Positions 19,224 through 28,644 of a DNA stretch of 38,426 bases are shown piece after piece (the first letter of the stretch is position 1; every line of letters begins with the position of its first letter). Origin of the DNA: Thermotogota bacterium (GTDB lineage Bacteria; Thermotogota; Thermotogae; Petrotogales; Kosmotogaceae); contig JAYEJL010000151.1 of the NCBI GenBank assembly GCA_034660555.1, positions 1 through 38,426 of the forward strand. Direction: 5' to 3'. The position numbers were made by a program, and so were the translations under genes. The notes beneath the pieces were generated by a model. The model saw only the letters and a program-made list of their open reading frames with translations. It searched no databases and was not told the origin of the DNA.

Positions 19224-20555
19224 CTATTTTGCTGGTTTAGCTGGTAGCCCAAGTACTTCTCTGAACGATACTCCCTTCATATCATATCTTTTATAAACAA
19301 CCATGGTTATCAATAACTGAATTACACTGTTGGTAGCATAATAAATAAACAAACCTGTCGGCAAAGAATAGAAAAGGAATGGGAAAATCAATGACATTAT
19401 CATTGCCTGCCTGGCAGATCTACCATCCTGACTGGTAATGGTAGCCATATAGATACCTACAGCAACACTTATTAATATTAAGAGAATATTCTGACCAAAT
19501 CCTCCAGTAGATAAATCATTCCAGATAAAAAACTGGGGAGAAAATGCAAACATCTCACTAAAATACCTAATTACTGAATAAAGCACAAAAAATACTGGAA
19601 GTTGAATTAGTAAAGTCAAACAACCTGTTCCGGGATTGACTCCTTCTTTTTTGTATAGTTTCATCAAGGCTTCCTGCTGCTTCTGTCTGTCTTTATATTT
19701 CTGCTTAATCTTTTGCATTTCAGGCTGCAATTTTCTCATTTCTATCATCGATTTTGTCTGTACATGATAGAGAGGATACAATATCAATCTGATTATCAGT
19801 GTAAATATAATAATAGCCCAACCAAAACTGTTCGTTAATTCTCTAAACCAATACAATGAAACCACGAGACCGTGATGTATATAACTAAAAATACTAAGTG
19901 CACCAATATCATCAAGTGATTGCTTAACTTCATCATAATGCTCCGGAATCGCTTCAGAAATATATACCAGTTTTTTTGGTCCAGCATAATTTCTTATAAC
20001 CGCATTACCACTAATATTAGTAATTTCTCTTAACGATACCCTCCCTACATCACTGGTGGTGACAAAAACGCTTGTAGGTTTATCGCTAAAACTAACATGA
20101 TAACCGTATTCACTTCTTTCATCCTGAGCAGATACAGAAACATAAGGTATTTTCATTTTCAGGGTTTTGCCTGGAAAATCAGTAATAACCAGGAAATTGT
20201 AATAAGGACTATTTTTCATTACAAAGGTTTTTGTCCCGCCTTCATAATATAACTCAACAATAGCATCTGAGTTCTCATCAATGTAATAATCAAAATTTTG
20301 AGGAATCAGTTCTTCATTATCTTCAAAAATATTATATCCATCATTGGCATACCTATAAATCAACTCATTACTTCTTTCAACCTTCATGTTAAGTCTTTCA
20401 AGTACACCAAGTTCAGTATTAATTACTATCTCCATGGTTACTGTTTCGATTGTGATCATGCCAGATGTTGCCTCAATTGTGGGTTCTTTTGCCGCAAATG
20501 AAACAGCAACAATTACAAAAACAAATAAGGCAATAATTGCTATTCGTTTGTACAT
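19224..20555 (-). CDS. yidC: Membrane protein insertase YidC
   Basis: FGWAIIIFTLIIRLILYPL, LQPEMQKIK, GCLTLLIQLPVF, LPTGLFIYY; N-terminal hydrophobic leader plus ~200 aa periplasmic domain. Confidence 0.95.
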   Translation of the reverse strand: MYKRIAIIALFVFVIVAVSFAAKEPTIEATSGMITIETVTMEIVINTELGVLERLNMKVERSNELIYRYANDGYNIFEDNEELIPQNFDYYIDENSDAIVELYYEGGTKTFVMKNSPYYNFLVITDFPGKTLKMKIPYVSVSAQDERSEYGYHVSFSDKPTSVFVTTSDVGRVSLREITNISGNAVIRNYAGPKKLVYISEAIPEHYDEVKQSLDDIGALSIFSYIHHGLVVSLYWFRELTNSFGWAIIIFTLIIRLILYPLYHVQTKSMIEMRKLQPEMQKIKQKYKDRQKQQEALMKLYKKEGVNPGTGCLTLLIQLPVFFVLYSVIRYFSEMFAFSPQFFIWNDLSTGGFGQNILLILISVAVGIYMATITSQDGRSARQAMIMSLIFPFLFYSLPTGLFIYYATNSVIQLLITMVVYKRYDMKGVSFREVLGLPAKPAK

Positions 20556-20794
20556 CTTTTATTCCTCCTGATCAAACTGAATTTTTCCGGGACAGGATCA
20601 TAACCACCTGCATTAAAGGGGTTGCAACGAAGTATTCTCCAGGCACCAAGTAATGTTCCTTTTAACGCACCAAACCGCTGCACAGCCTCATAAGTATAGG
20701 AAGAACAGGTTGGTGTAAACCTGCAACTTGGTTTTTTTAAAGGAGATATATATTTTCTATAGAAAGTAATTGCTTTCAGTATTATAACTTTCAT
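20540..20794 (-). CDS. yidD: Membrane protein insertion efficiency factor YidD
   Basis: YISP...CRFTPTCSSY...RILRCNPF..GGYDPVP. Confidence 0.95.
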   Translation of the reverse strand: MKVIILKAITFYRKYISPLKKPSCRFTPTCSSYTYEAVQRFGALKGTLLGAWRILRCNPFNAGGYDPVPEKFSLIRRNKRCTNE

Positions 20795-21167
20795 ATCCGT
20801 TAACTCTCTTCATCATATTGATTGTGATGTTCAAGATTTTTTCTTCGATATCAGTATATCCCATATTATTGCATTTAAACGAGTCTGATAGTTCCCTTCT
20901 TGCAATAAACAGTATATCATAACCGGAGGGGAACAACATTTTTCTTGTTCTGTAAACCTCTTTTACAAGCCTTTTTAACCGATTCCTCTTAACTGCGCTT
21001 CCAAACTTTTTTCTGATGGATATTCCTATACGTGAAAAAGGCAGACCATTATAGAATATAAAAATTATGAAAAATCTGTCCTCTATTGCTGTTCCACTGT
21101 TTAACACTCTTTTGAAGTCCGCCTTTTTTCTTATTAATTCTGTCTTTTTTAAAGTTGCTGGAATCAA
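20757..21167 (-). CDS. rnpA: Ribonuclease P protein component
   Basis: RIGISIRKKFGSAVKRNRLKR (RNR motif); canonical position after rpmH. Confidence 0.95.
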   Translation of the reverse strand: MIPATLKKTELIRKKADFKRVLNSGTAIEDRFFIIFIFYNGLPFSRIGISIRKKFGSAVKRNRLKRLVKEVYRTRKMLFPSGYDILFIARRELSDSFKCNNMGYTDIEEKILNITINMMKRVNGYESYNTESNYFL

Positions 21168-21169
21168 TT

Positions 21170-21304
21170 CTACACAGCTATACGTTTTCTGCCCTTCTTT
21201 CTTCTATTGGCCAGAATTCGTTTTCCTGATTTGGATTTTTTTCTTGCGAGAAATCCATGCGTTCTCTTCCTTTTTGCTCTTGACGGTTGATATGTTCTCT
21301 TCAT
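21170..21304 (-). CDS. rpmH: 50S ribosomal protein L34 (not in ORF track)
   Basis: Hand translation [44 protein letters not shown] (44 aa); SD AGGAGG. Confidence 0.97.
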   Translation of the reverse strand: MKRTYQPSRAKRKRTHGFLARKKSKSGKRILANRRKKGRKRIAV

Positions 21305-21339
21305 TTTAATCCTCCTATCTTGCAATCATGTCTCTTAAA

Positions 21340-21368
21340 ATTATACGTAGCCTCAATTGACGTGTCAA
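21340..21368 (-). promoter_or_regulatory. Consensus sigma70 promoter of rpmH operon
   Basis: Minus strand TTGACA-17 nt-TATAAT. Confidence 0.85.
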
Positions 21369-21487
21369 GGACTTAGATATTAAGATTGTTCCCATATGCT
21401 TACATTTTCTTTCCAGAAAGTAAAGATGTACTATAATATATCACTCAAACAACGCAGGGGTTATAATGGTTATCAGGAGGAAATTTT

Positions 21488-23086
21488 ATGCTGATAACAC
21501 TAAAAGCAAAGAAATTTTTAACCTTTGATAGTTTTTATATTGAGTTAGACGATGGATTGAATGTTATCACAGGCGAATCTGGATCGGGAAAAAGTCTGAT
21601 TATGAGGGCAATAAAATCAATTACCGGAGATCCAGTTCAATACAATTCTGAAAAAGATGATAGCTTTGTTGAAGGGACATTCTTAGTCAAGCCAGAGCTG
21701 GAAAACAGAGCCAAAGAATTGGGGTTAAATATTCCTTTTGATGAATTTATGATAAATGTTTCTTTTGGTCCACAGAGAATACTCTATCGTCTTGACGGTC
21801 AAATTATTCCGAGACAACTTGTACAGAAGTTGTTTGACAGCTTCATTGAAATTCATTCACAGCACAGCAGCGTAAAGCTTCTTAATTCTTCAACCCACTA
21901 TAAAATACTTGATCAAACATTACCTGCTACTCTAAAAAAGACATACCAGGAAACATATCAAAGACTCGTTGAAACTAAAACCTACTTGCAGAAAATCAAA
22001 ATGACACCTGAAGAACTGGAGCGAGAAAAAGATTATTTAAGGTTTCAACTAAATGAACTGAAAAAAGCTAATCTTAAGCATGGTGAAATGGAAACGGTAG
22101 AGAGTAGATACTCAAAGATTCTTGACAGCCAGAAATTAAAGGACACATTTGACTGGTTAATGAATATGCTTCGTGATGGTCAGGAATCTCTATACAATCA
22201 ACTGTGGAAAGCGCTAAAAGCGTTAAAGGATTTTGAAAAATATGGGTACAGCGAACTGATTGAACACTCAAATGTTGCTTTGGAGGAAATCGAATATCTT
22301 TATCATCTTATCGAAAGCGAACTGGAAGATATCAGCATTGATGATGATGAATACCAAAAACTTGAACATCGATTCAATGTTATTCAGGGTTTGAAGCGAA
22401 AATATGGACAAACCGAAGACGAAATATTTGAAACATGGGAAGATCTTGAAAATAAATTTGAAAAACTTAAGAACAGTGAACAAAAAAGAGAAGAACTCAT
22501 TAAAACAGAGAAAATGTTAAAAGAAAAACTCATAAAAACAGGAAAGGAAATAGATGAACTAAGAGCGAAAAACGCTGAGAAAATAGAAAAATCAATTATT
22601 CCACACCTTAAAGATCTAAAAATGACCGGTGCCCGGGTTAAGTTTGAATTGATCCCTGAAGATGAACCAAAATACTATGGCACTTCTAAAGTTACTATTC
22701 TCGCCAGAACAAATCCAGGTGGTGAGACACTAGAACTAAACAAAATCGCTTCAGGGGGAGAACTTTCAAGAATTTTACTTGCTATAGAATCAGCTTTAAA
22801 AAACGAATTGAAATTGAATACCGTAATTTTTGATGAAATTGACTCGGGTGTCGGTGCAAGAATGGGAAACACTCTTGCTGAAAAACTTGTTGAGCTTGCT
22901 GAAAATCTTCAAACAGTAGTAATCACCCATCTTCCACAAATTGCATCAAAAGCATCAAAACATTTTGCTGTAAAGAAAGACCAATTTGGTGACAGTGTAG
23001 TTTCCGATGTTGTACACTTGAAACAGGATGAAAGACTGGTTGAACTGGAAAAAATGTATGGAAGGGTGGAATTTGAAAGTGACTGA
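21488..23086 (+). CDS. recN: DNA repair protein RecN
   Basis: ITGESGSGKS, IHSQH, coiled coil, ASGGELSR, IFDEIDSGVG, VITHLPQIA. Confidence 0.93.
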   Translation: MLITLKAKKFLTFDSFYIELDDGLNVITGESGSGKSLIMRAIKSITGDPVQYNSEKDDSFVEGTFLVKPELENRAKELGLNIPFDEFMINVSFGPQRILYRLDGQIIPRQLVQKLFDSFIEIHSQHSSVKLLNSSTHYKILDQTLPATLKKTYQETYQRLVETKTYLQKIKMTPEELEREKDYLRFQLNELKKANLKHGEMETVESRYSKILDSQKLKDTFDWLMNMLRDGQESLYNQLWKALKALKDFEKYGYSELIEHSNVALEEIEYLYHLIESELEDISIDDDEYQKLEHRFNVIQGLKRKYGQTEDEIFETWEDLENKFEKLKNSEQKREELIKTEKMLKEKLIKTGKEIDELRAKNAEKIEKSIIPHLKDLKMTGARVKFELIPEDEPKYYGTSKVTILARTNPGGETLELNKIASGGELSRILLAIESALKNELKLNTVIFDEIDSGVGARMGNTLAEKLVELAENLQTVVITHLPQIASKASKHFAVKKDQFGDSVVSDVVHLKQDERLVELEKMYGRVEFESD

Positions 23087-23720
23087 TAGAAAACAACTTG
23101 TAGATAGAATTATTGAAGAAAAGGGCGAAGATGCTATTCCCATTTTAATTAAATTGCTTGAAGATGAAGACACTGACGTTGCAGAGATCTGTCTCGAGGC
23201 ACTTCTGGGTATGGGGAAAGCAGGTAGAAAAGCATTGGTGGATAAGCTTAAACAAATAGAAGCTGAAAATAGAAAAGGTGACATAACAGCTCTTTTAATG
23301 ATAGACAGACTTGCTGAATCTGGTAATAGAAAGCTTGTCCAACTCTTTTATTCTTTTTTGAAGTTGTATAGCGATGAACGTTCCCAGGTCATTATTTACG
23401 AAGCACTCGCAAAACTTGGAGAAGGAGAAAAGGTTGTTGATCCACTTATATTTATGCTTGATGACGCGAAAAATTCTGAATTTATAGAGCTGTTAATAAT
23501 GGCTTTGAGTAATACGGGTACAAGAAAAGCGCTGGAAAGATTATCTAAGCTATACCACGATGAAAATATTGATAAATCAACCCGTTCTTTTGTTCTTGAA
23601 GGCATTCATAATCTTATTGCTAACAATCCCGATTTTAGCGAAATTCTCAGAGAAACAAGCAAAGGAAAAGAAATTCTGGACAAGCTGTATTTATGGCAAC
23701 AGAAAAATGAGCAAAACTAA
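23079..23720 (+). CDS. HEAT-repeat-like helical protein
   Basis: DAIPILIKLLEDED..VAEICLEALLGMG and repeated 'ALAKLG'/'ALSNTG' helices. Likely GTG start at 23079. Confidence 0.7.
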   Translation: MTDRKQLVDRIIEEKGEDAIPILIKLLEDEDTDVAEICLEALLGMGKAGRKALVDKLKQIEAENRKGDITALLMIDRLAESGNRKLVQLFYSFLKLYSDERSQVIIYEALAKLGEGEKVVDPLIFMLDDAKNSEFIELLIMALSNTGTRKALERLSKLYHDENIDKSTRSFVLEGIHNLIANNPDFSEILRETSKGKEILDKLYLWQQKNEQN

Positions 23721-24609
23721 GTCGTCACTATATGATTTTCTGTATAGAAACCACTACAGATTTACAACAAACGAATCATTAAAGTCCCATACAACAATTG
23801 GTATTGGTGGTTCGACTTCAGCTTTTATTTTGCCCTCTACAGAAAATTCACTCTTTTACATTGTCAGTTACCTAAGAAATAATCACATTGAATATAGAAT
23901 AATAGGTGGTGGTTCAAACGTTATTCCCAAAGATGATGTAAATGAAGTAATAATATCCACACGCAATATTAATCAGATTGAATACTCAACTTCTGGTATT
24001 GTAGTGGATGCAGGGGTTTCAATAAATAAGCTTGTTCCTGAATTAATTGTTCATGAGTTATCCGGATTCGAATTTCTTTCAGGTTTACCTGGTACAATTG
24101 GTGGAGCATTGTACATGAACGCTGGAGCATTTGGCAGGGAGATAGGAGATTTTTTTGAGTCAGCCCGTGTGATTGATAAAGAAGGGACAATAATTACAGT
24201 TGAAAAAAATGAAACAAACTTTGGCTATAGAAACAGCATATTTCAAAAAAAAGGTTTTATAATCCTAACAGCTACTTTTTGCCTGAATAAAGAATCAAAA
24301 ATTAAAATTGAGAAAAGATCAGACGCAATTTTGAAACAGAGAATAAACAAACAGCCCGTTAATTGGAAAAGCGCTGGGAGCATCTTTAAAAAACCTACTG
24401 AAGATTTTAGTGTGGGTTATGCAATTGAAAAACTTGGATTGAAGGGAATACGATTTGGAGGTGCAAAAGTCTCAAAAAAGCACGCTGGTTTTATAATAAA
24501 CAGGGGAAATGCCACACAAATGGATGTAAAACAGTTAGTTAATTTTTTAAAGAACAAAGTTAAAAATCATTTTGGAGTTCTACTCGAAACCGAGGTAGAA
24601 CTATGGTAA
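23707..24609 (+). CDS. murB: UDP-N-acetylenolpyruvoylglucosamine reductase
   Basis: HTTIGIGG, GGGSN, PGTIGGALYMNAGAFG, FGYRNS, SAGSIFK, KHAGFIIN, LETEV. Start at ATG 23707. Confidence 0.95.
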   Translation: MSKTKSSLYDFLYRNHYRFTTNESLKSHTTIGIGGSTSAFILPSTENSLFYIVSYLRNNHIEYRIIGGGSNVIPKDDVNEVIISTRNINQIEYSTSGIVVDAGVSINKLVPELIVHELSGFEFLSGLPGTIGGALYMNAGAFGREIGDFFESARVIDKEGTIITVEKNETNFGYRNSIFQKKGFIILTATFCLNKESKIKIEKRSDAILKQRINKQPVNWKSAGSIFKKPTEDFSVGYAIEKLGLKGIRFGGAKVSKKHAGFIINRGNATQMDVKQLVNFLKNKVKNHFGVLLETEVELW

Positions 24610-24632
24610 CGTAAACATAAGGAGGTGTAAAT

Positions 24633-25610
24633 GTGGATAATAATAATGATGAACTTTTCGGCGATATTGAACCAAGAAAAGATTATACAAAACTGATCAA
24701 AATCATTGTCCCGGTAATCATTATTGCTGTAATCGCGATCTATTTTCTAACGGGATTCTATCGTGTTGAACCCGCAGAAGTTGTTCTTGTTAAACGCTTT
24801 GGCGAATACCAAAAACAACTCGGACCGGGGTTACATTATCATTTACCATATCCAATTGAATCTATAGTTATCGTAAACGTTTCCGAGCTGCGAAAAAAGG
24901 AAATTGGGTTTCAGACCATTGCGCCTGCTAGATATTCAAGCAGAGAAAATGAAGCCTTGATGCTAACTGGAGATGGAAATATTGCTTATGCTGAGGCTGT
25001 AGTTCAATATTTCATATCAGACGCAGAAAAATTCGCCTTTAATCTAAAAAGTGACGAAGATATTGTAAAAAGCTATGCTTCTTCCGCTCTCAGAGAAGAA
25101 GTGGCAGCTGTTACTGCCGATGAAATTCTTACAGTAAGCAGAAATGCTATTGCCATGCGTACAGCAGATAGAGTACAGCAGGAACTGGACAAATTGGGAG
25201 TAGGTATTCAGATTAAAAATGTATATCTTCAGGAAGTAAGCCCTCCACAACAGGTTATTGCTTCTTTTGACGATGTGAACAGCGCTAAGCAGGATAGAGA
25301 GCAACTTATATATAAGGCTGAAGAATATAAGAACGAAATCATCCCTAAAGCTGAAGGTCGCTCAAATGAAATTTTAAACGAAGCAGAAGCCTACGCGCGT
25401 TCGAAGGTTTTAAAAGCACAAGGTGAAAGCTCACGATTTACAAGTATCCTCGAAGAATACATAAATGCACCGAGAGTTACGAAAACAAGACTGTATCTTG
25501 AAACGGTGGACAAGGTACTTGGAGAAAGCGAAAAAATCATAACGACAAATAGTGAGGACCTCCTAAAATTCTTCGACATAACAGGTTATAAAGGAGGCGG
25601 TTCACAATGA
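24633..25610 (+). CDS. hflK: FtsH modulator HflK (SPFH domain)
   Basis: N-terminal TM, RFGEY...PGLHYHLPYPIE, MLTGDGNI, PPQQVIASFDDV, VTKTRLYLET. Confidence 0.93.
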   Translation: MDNNNDELFGDIEPRKDYTKLIKIIVPVIIIAVIAIYFLTGFYRVEPAEVVLVKRFGEYQKQLGPGLHYHLPYPIESIVIVNVSELRKKEIGFQTIAPARYSSRENEALMLTGDGNIAYAEAVVQYFISDAEKFAFNLKSDEDIVKSYASSALREEVAAVTADEILTVSRNAIAMRTADRVQQELDKLGVGIQIKNVYLQEVSPPQQVIASFDDVNSAKQDREQLIYKAEEYKNEIIPKAEGRSNEILNEAEAYARSKVLKAQGESSRFTSILEEYINAPRVTKTRLYLETVDKVLGESEKIITTNSEDLLKFFDITGYKGGGSQ

Positions 25611-26458
25611 AATTACTTGTCACATTGGTAGTAATTATTGTCCTCGCATTAATTATCCTGCCAGGATTTTTCTATTTCGTAGATGAGGTAGAACAGGCTG
25701 TTGTGCTAAGATTTGGTGATATTGTTCAGGTAAGCACAGATCCAGGTCTATATACCAAAGCACCGTTTATCGACAATGTCGTGAAATTTGACGAGCGCAT
25801 ACAAATGTATGATATCCCCGCAGAGAGAATTTATACCCAAGATAAAAAGACATTAATTGTCGACACATTTGCATTGTGGAGAATTTTGAATCCTGAAGCA
25901 TTCGTAAAAACTATGAGAACAGTAAACAATGCATTGACAAGGATTGACGATGTTGTATATTCAATAATAAGAGATACCTTTGGTGAAAGAACTTTTGATG
26001 AAATCGTTTCCAGACAGAGAATAAAAACACTTGAATTAGTAACCGAACAATCACGAAAGGAAATGCAGCAATTTGGCCTTGAAATCCTTGCTGTCAGAAT
26101 TAAAAAGGCTGATCTTCCTGAAGAGAACAAAAATGCTGTTTTCAACAGAATGGAATCCGAAAGAAATCAGGAAGCAGCCAAGATTAGAGCAGAAGGTGAA
26201 AAAGAAGCAGCAATAATAAGAGCTGAGGCTGATAAAAATTCAGCATTGATTATAGCTGAAGCCAATCGCGAATCAGAAATACTAAAAGGCACAGGTGATG
26301 CATCAGCTCTGACAATCTACGCGGAAGCTTACTCAACAGATGAAGATTTCTATGAATTCTGGAAAAGCCTTAGCGTATACGAATCAACACTTAAGGATTC
26401 GAAATTTGTACTCGATGCCCGAATGGACTTTATAGAAAGATTCTTAATAGGAGAATGA
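25607..26458 (+). CDS. hflC: FtsH modulator HflC
   Basis: EQAVVLRFG, T.DKKTLIVD, RMESER, RAEG, FYEFWKSL..Y; ATGA overlap with hflK. Confidence 0.93.
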   Translation: MKLLVTLVVIIVLALIILPGFFYFVDEVEQAVVLRFGDIVQVSTDPGLYTKAPFIDNVVKFDERIQMYDIPAERIYTQDKKTLIVDTFALWRILNPEAFVKTMRTVNNALTRIDDVVYSIIRDTFGERTFDEIVSRQRIKTLELVTEQSRKEMQQFGLEILAVRIKKADLPEENKNAVFNRMESERNQEAAKIRAEGEKEAAIIRAEADKNSALIIAEANRESEILKGTGDASALTIYAEAYSTDEDFYEFWKSLSVYESTLKDSKFVLDARMDFIERFLIGE

Positions 26459-27081
26459 ACTGTTATGTCTCATTGAGGGAACGGTTTGAACATAGCGAAA
26501 AGATCAACCGTTCCCTTTTTATTGTTAACGCCAGTCACTGTGACTCTGAAAACAAATGCAAAGAGTTTATCCAGAAAATTAGTGATGAATATCCAGATGC
26601 CAGTCATAATTGCTGGTCATATTATGTTGATAATTCGGAAACAAGAAAGAACTATTCAGATGCAGGTGAACCTTCGGGAACAGCTGGGTCTCATATTCTT
26701 GGATCTGTCGAAGCATTAGAACTTAAAAATATTGCTGTTGTTGTAACAAGGTATTTTGGTGGCATCAAATTAGGTATAAGAGGATTGATAGACGCTTATG
26801 GTGGTGTTACAACCAGAGGGTTAGAAAATGCCCGAAAAGCACTGTTTTGTCCTGGAATAATTGTTGTTTTTGTCATGGATTACAGTAGTTGGGATACATT
26901 TAACAGAATTTTCAAGGAAAACTCTGATTACAACAAACGCAATATTACATATACGGACAAAGTGAGCGTTTCAATTGCAGTAAAAGTTCAAATGTTAAAA
27001 AAAATAAAAAATTTTGCAGAAAAACGGGACATTCCTTACAAACTGGAGAACAATGTTACTTTTATTGAGCCAATTGTTTAG
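26455..27081 (+). CDS. yigZ: IMPACT/YigZ family protein
   Basis: ASHNCWSY, SDAGEPSGTAG, VVTRYFGGIKLG.RGLIDAY. Confidence 0.92.
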   Translation: MNCYVSLRERFEHSEKINRSLFIVNASHCDSENKCKEFIQKISDEYPDASHNCWSYYVDNSETRKNYSDAGEPSGTAGSHILGSVEALELKNIAVVVTRYFGGIKLGIRGLIDAYGGVTTRGLENARKALFCPGIIVVFVMDYSSWDTFNRIFKENSDYNKRNITYTDKVSVSIAVKVQMLKKIKNFAEKRDIPYKLENNVTFIEPIV

Positions 27082-27148
27082 ATAGAAACGGAATATTCGA
27101 AAAATTTGTATATTATTGTTCATTTAACGGTTTTTTTACTCAAATAAT

Positions 27149-27178
27149 TTGACTTTGGGTACGTAATAAGAATATAAT
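27149..27178 (+). promoter_or_regulatory. Candidate sigma70 promoter of speD-speE
   Basis: TTGACT-18 nt-TATAAT. Confidence 0.6.
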
Positions 27179-27244
27179 CCTTTACGCACATAGGATATTC
27201 CTTTCAAAAGGATATCCGATTTTTTCTGTTTGGAGGTACCGGAA

Positions 27245-27646
27245 TTGGAAAAAGTGAAAGCCCTTGGAAGACATCTTATTGCTGAGTTCTTTTCATGTTC
27301 AAAGGAAGCGCTAAATGATCTTGATTTTATCTCTGAAAACCTTAAAATTTCTGCTGCTGTTGTAGGCGCAACGATAGTTGATTCTTCTTTCCATAGATTT
27401 CTCCCACATGGAATAAGTGGAGTGGTTGTTATAGCAGAATCACATTTGACTATTCATACCTGGCCCGAGTATGGTTATGCTGCAATTGATCTATTTACAT
27501 GCGGTGATGAAGTAAACCCATGGAAAGCCTTTGACTATTTAAGAGAAGTATTTTCAGCAGGTAAAACGGAAGTATCTGAATATCTTAGAGGTGTTTATAA
27601 TAAACTCAATATACCTGAATCTGCGCCCTACAAAATCAGTGAATAA
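27245..27646 (+). CDS. speD: S-adenosylmethionine decarboxylase proenzyme (class 1B)
   Basis: LGRHLIAEF, GISGVVVIAE^SHLTIHTWPEYGYAAIDLFTCG (pyruvoyl cleavage site). TTG 27245 after GGAGGT; GTG 27254 is an alternative start. Confidence 0.93.
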   Translation: MEKVKALGRHLIAEFFSCSKEALNDLDFISENLKISAAVVGATIVDSSFHRFLPHGISGVVVIAESHLTIHTWPEYGYAAIDLFTCGDEVNPWKAFDYLREVFSAGKTEVSEYLRGVYNKLNIPESAPYKISE

Positions 27647-27660
27647 CGGAGGTAAGTATT

Positions 27661-28542
27661 ATGAGAAAAACTTCAGAAAGCCTTAAAAACCTTGGTCATA
27701 TCGTTTACAAGGAAAATTATACTGGTGGAAATGCGGGTCTATTCATGAAAGTAAAGCGGGTAATTTATTCTGAACAAACCCCTTTCCAGCGTATCGATAT
27801 ATTTGAACACCCGGATTTTGGTAGAGTTTTTGCCCTCGATGGAATAACAATGTGCACGGAATCCGACGAATTTATGTATCATGAAATGCTCGTTCATGTT
27901 CCTCTTTTCACCCACCCGGAGCCAAAAAAGGTTTTAATAATTGGAGGTGGGGATGGTGGTAGTTTGCGAGAAGTACTTAAACACGAAACTGTTGAAAAAG
28001 CAGTCTTGTGTGAAATTGACCCTAACGTTATCGAAGCTTCCAAAAAATACCTTAAAATGACCGCAACTGATTTTGATAACCCGAAGACCGAGATAGTTAA
28101 CGAAAATGGGGCAGATTTCGTAAAAAATTACTCAGATTACTTTGATGTAATTATCATAGATTCAACAGATCCCACTGCTGGCAAAGGCGGACACCTTTTC
28201 ACCAGAGAATTCTATAAAGACTGCCACAAGGCTCTAAAAACTGATGGTTTGTTGTCAGCTGAAACAGAAGACCCTTTTTATGACAAAGGTTGGGTAGCAA
28301 TAGCATTCAACAGGATTTCGTCTGTTTTTCCAATTTCCAGAATGTACACGGGATTTATGACAACATATCCTTCGGGAATGTGGACTTATTCGCTGGGATC
28401 AAAAAAATATGACCCTATGAAGGACTTTGACCCGGAACGTGTTGAGGAAATACAGGCAACACTACGTTACTACAACCCTGAAATACATAAAGCCAGTTTT
28501 TCTCTTCCTCAGTTTTTAAAGGAACTCATTCATCACGTGTGA
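27661..28542 (+). CDS. speE: Polyamine aminopropyltransferase (spermidine synthase)
   Basis: DEFMYHEML.HVP, VLIIGGGDGG, LCEID, DVIIIDSTDP, YYNPEIH. Confidence 0.95.
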   Translation: MRKTSESLKNLGHIVYKENYTGGNAGLFMKVKRVIYSEQTPFQRIDIFEHPDFGRVFALDGITMCTESDEFMYHEMLVHVPLFTHPEPKKVLIIGGGDGGSLREVLKHETVEKAVLCEIDPNVIEASKKYLKMTATDFDNPKTEIVNENGADFVKNYSDYFDVIIIDSTDPTAGKGGHLFTREFYKDCHKALKTDGLLSAETEDPFYDKGWVAIAFNRISSVFPISRMYTGFMTTYPSGMWTYSLGSKKYDPMKDFDPERVEEIQATLRYYNPEIHKASFSLPQFLKELIHHV

Positions 28543-28563
28543 TTAACGCTTTTAAATATGGTT

Positions 28564-28586
28564 AAGGGGAGAAATCCCCTTTTTTT
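28564..28586 (+). terminator. Intrinsic terminator after speE
   Basis: AAGGGGA-GAAA-TCCCCTT followed by a T run. Confidence 0.85.
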
Positions 28587-28606
28587 ATGCAGCATTAAAA
28601 CAGGCG

Positions 28607-28615
28607 TGATAGAAT
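28607..28615 (+). promoter_or_regulatory. Possible extended -10 promoter for lepA operon
   Basis: TG-A-TAGAAT just after the speE terminator; no good -35. Confidence 0.4.
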
Positions 28616-28644
28616 TGTTCAGAAAGCTCGGGAGGAATGGAATT

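Noticed and set aside
21305..21487. Possible oriC upstream of rpmH
   Set aside because: No dnaA and no recognisable DnaA-box cluster; the spacer is explained by divergent promoters.
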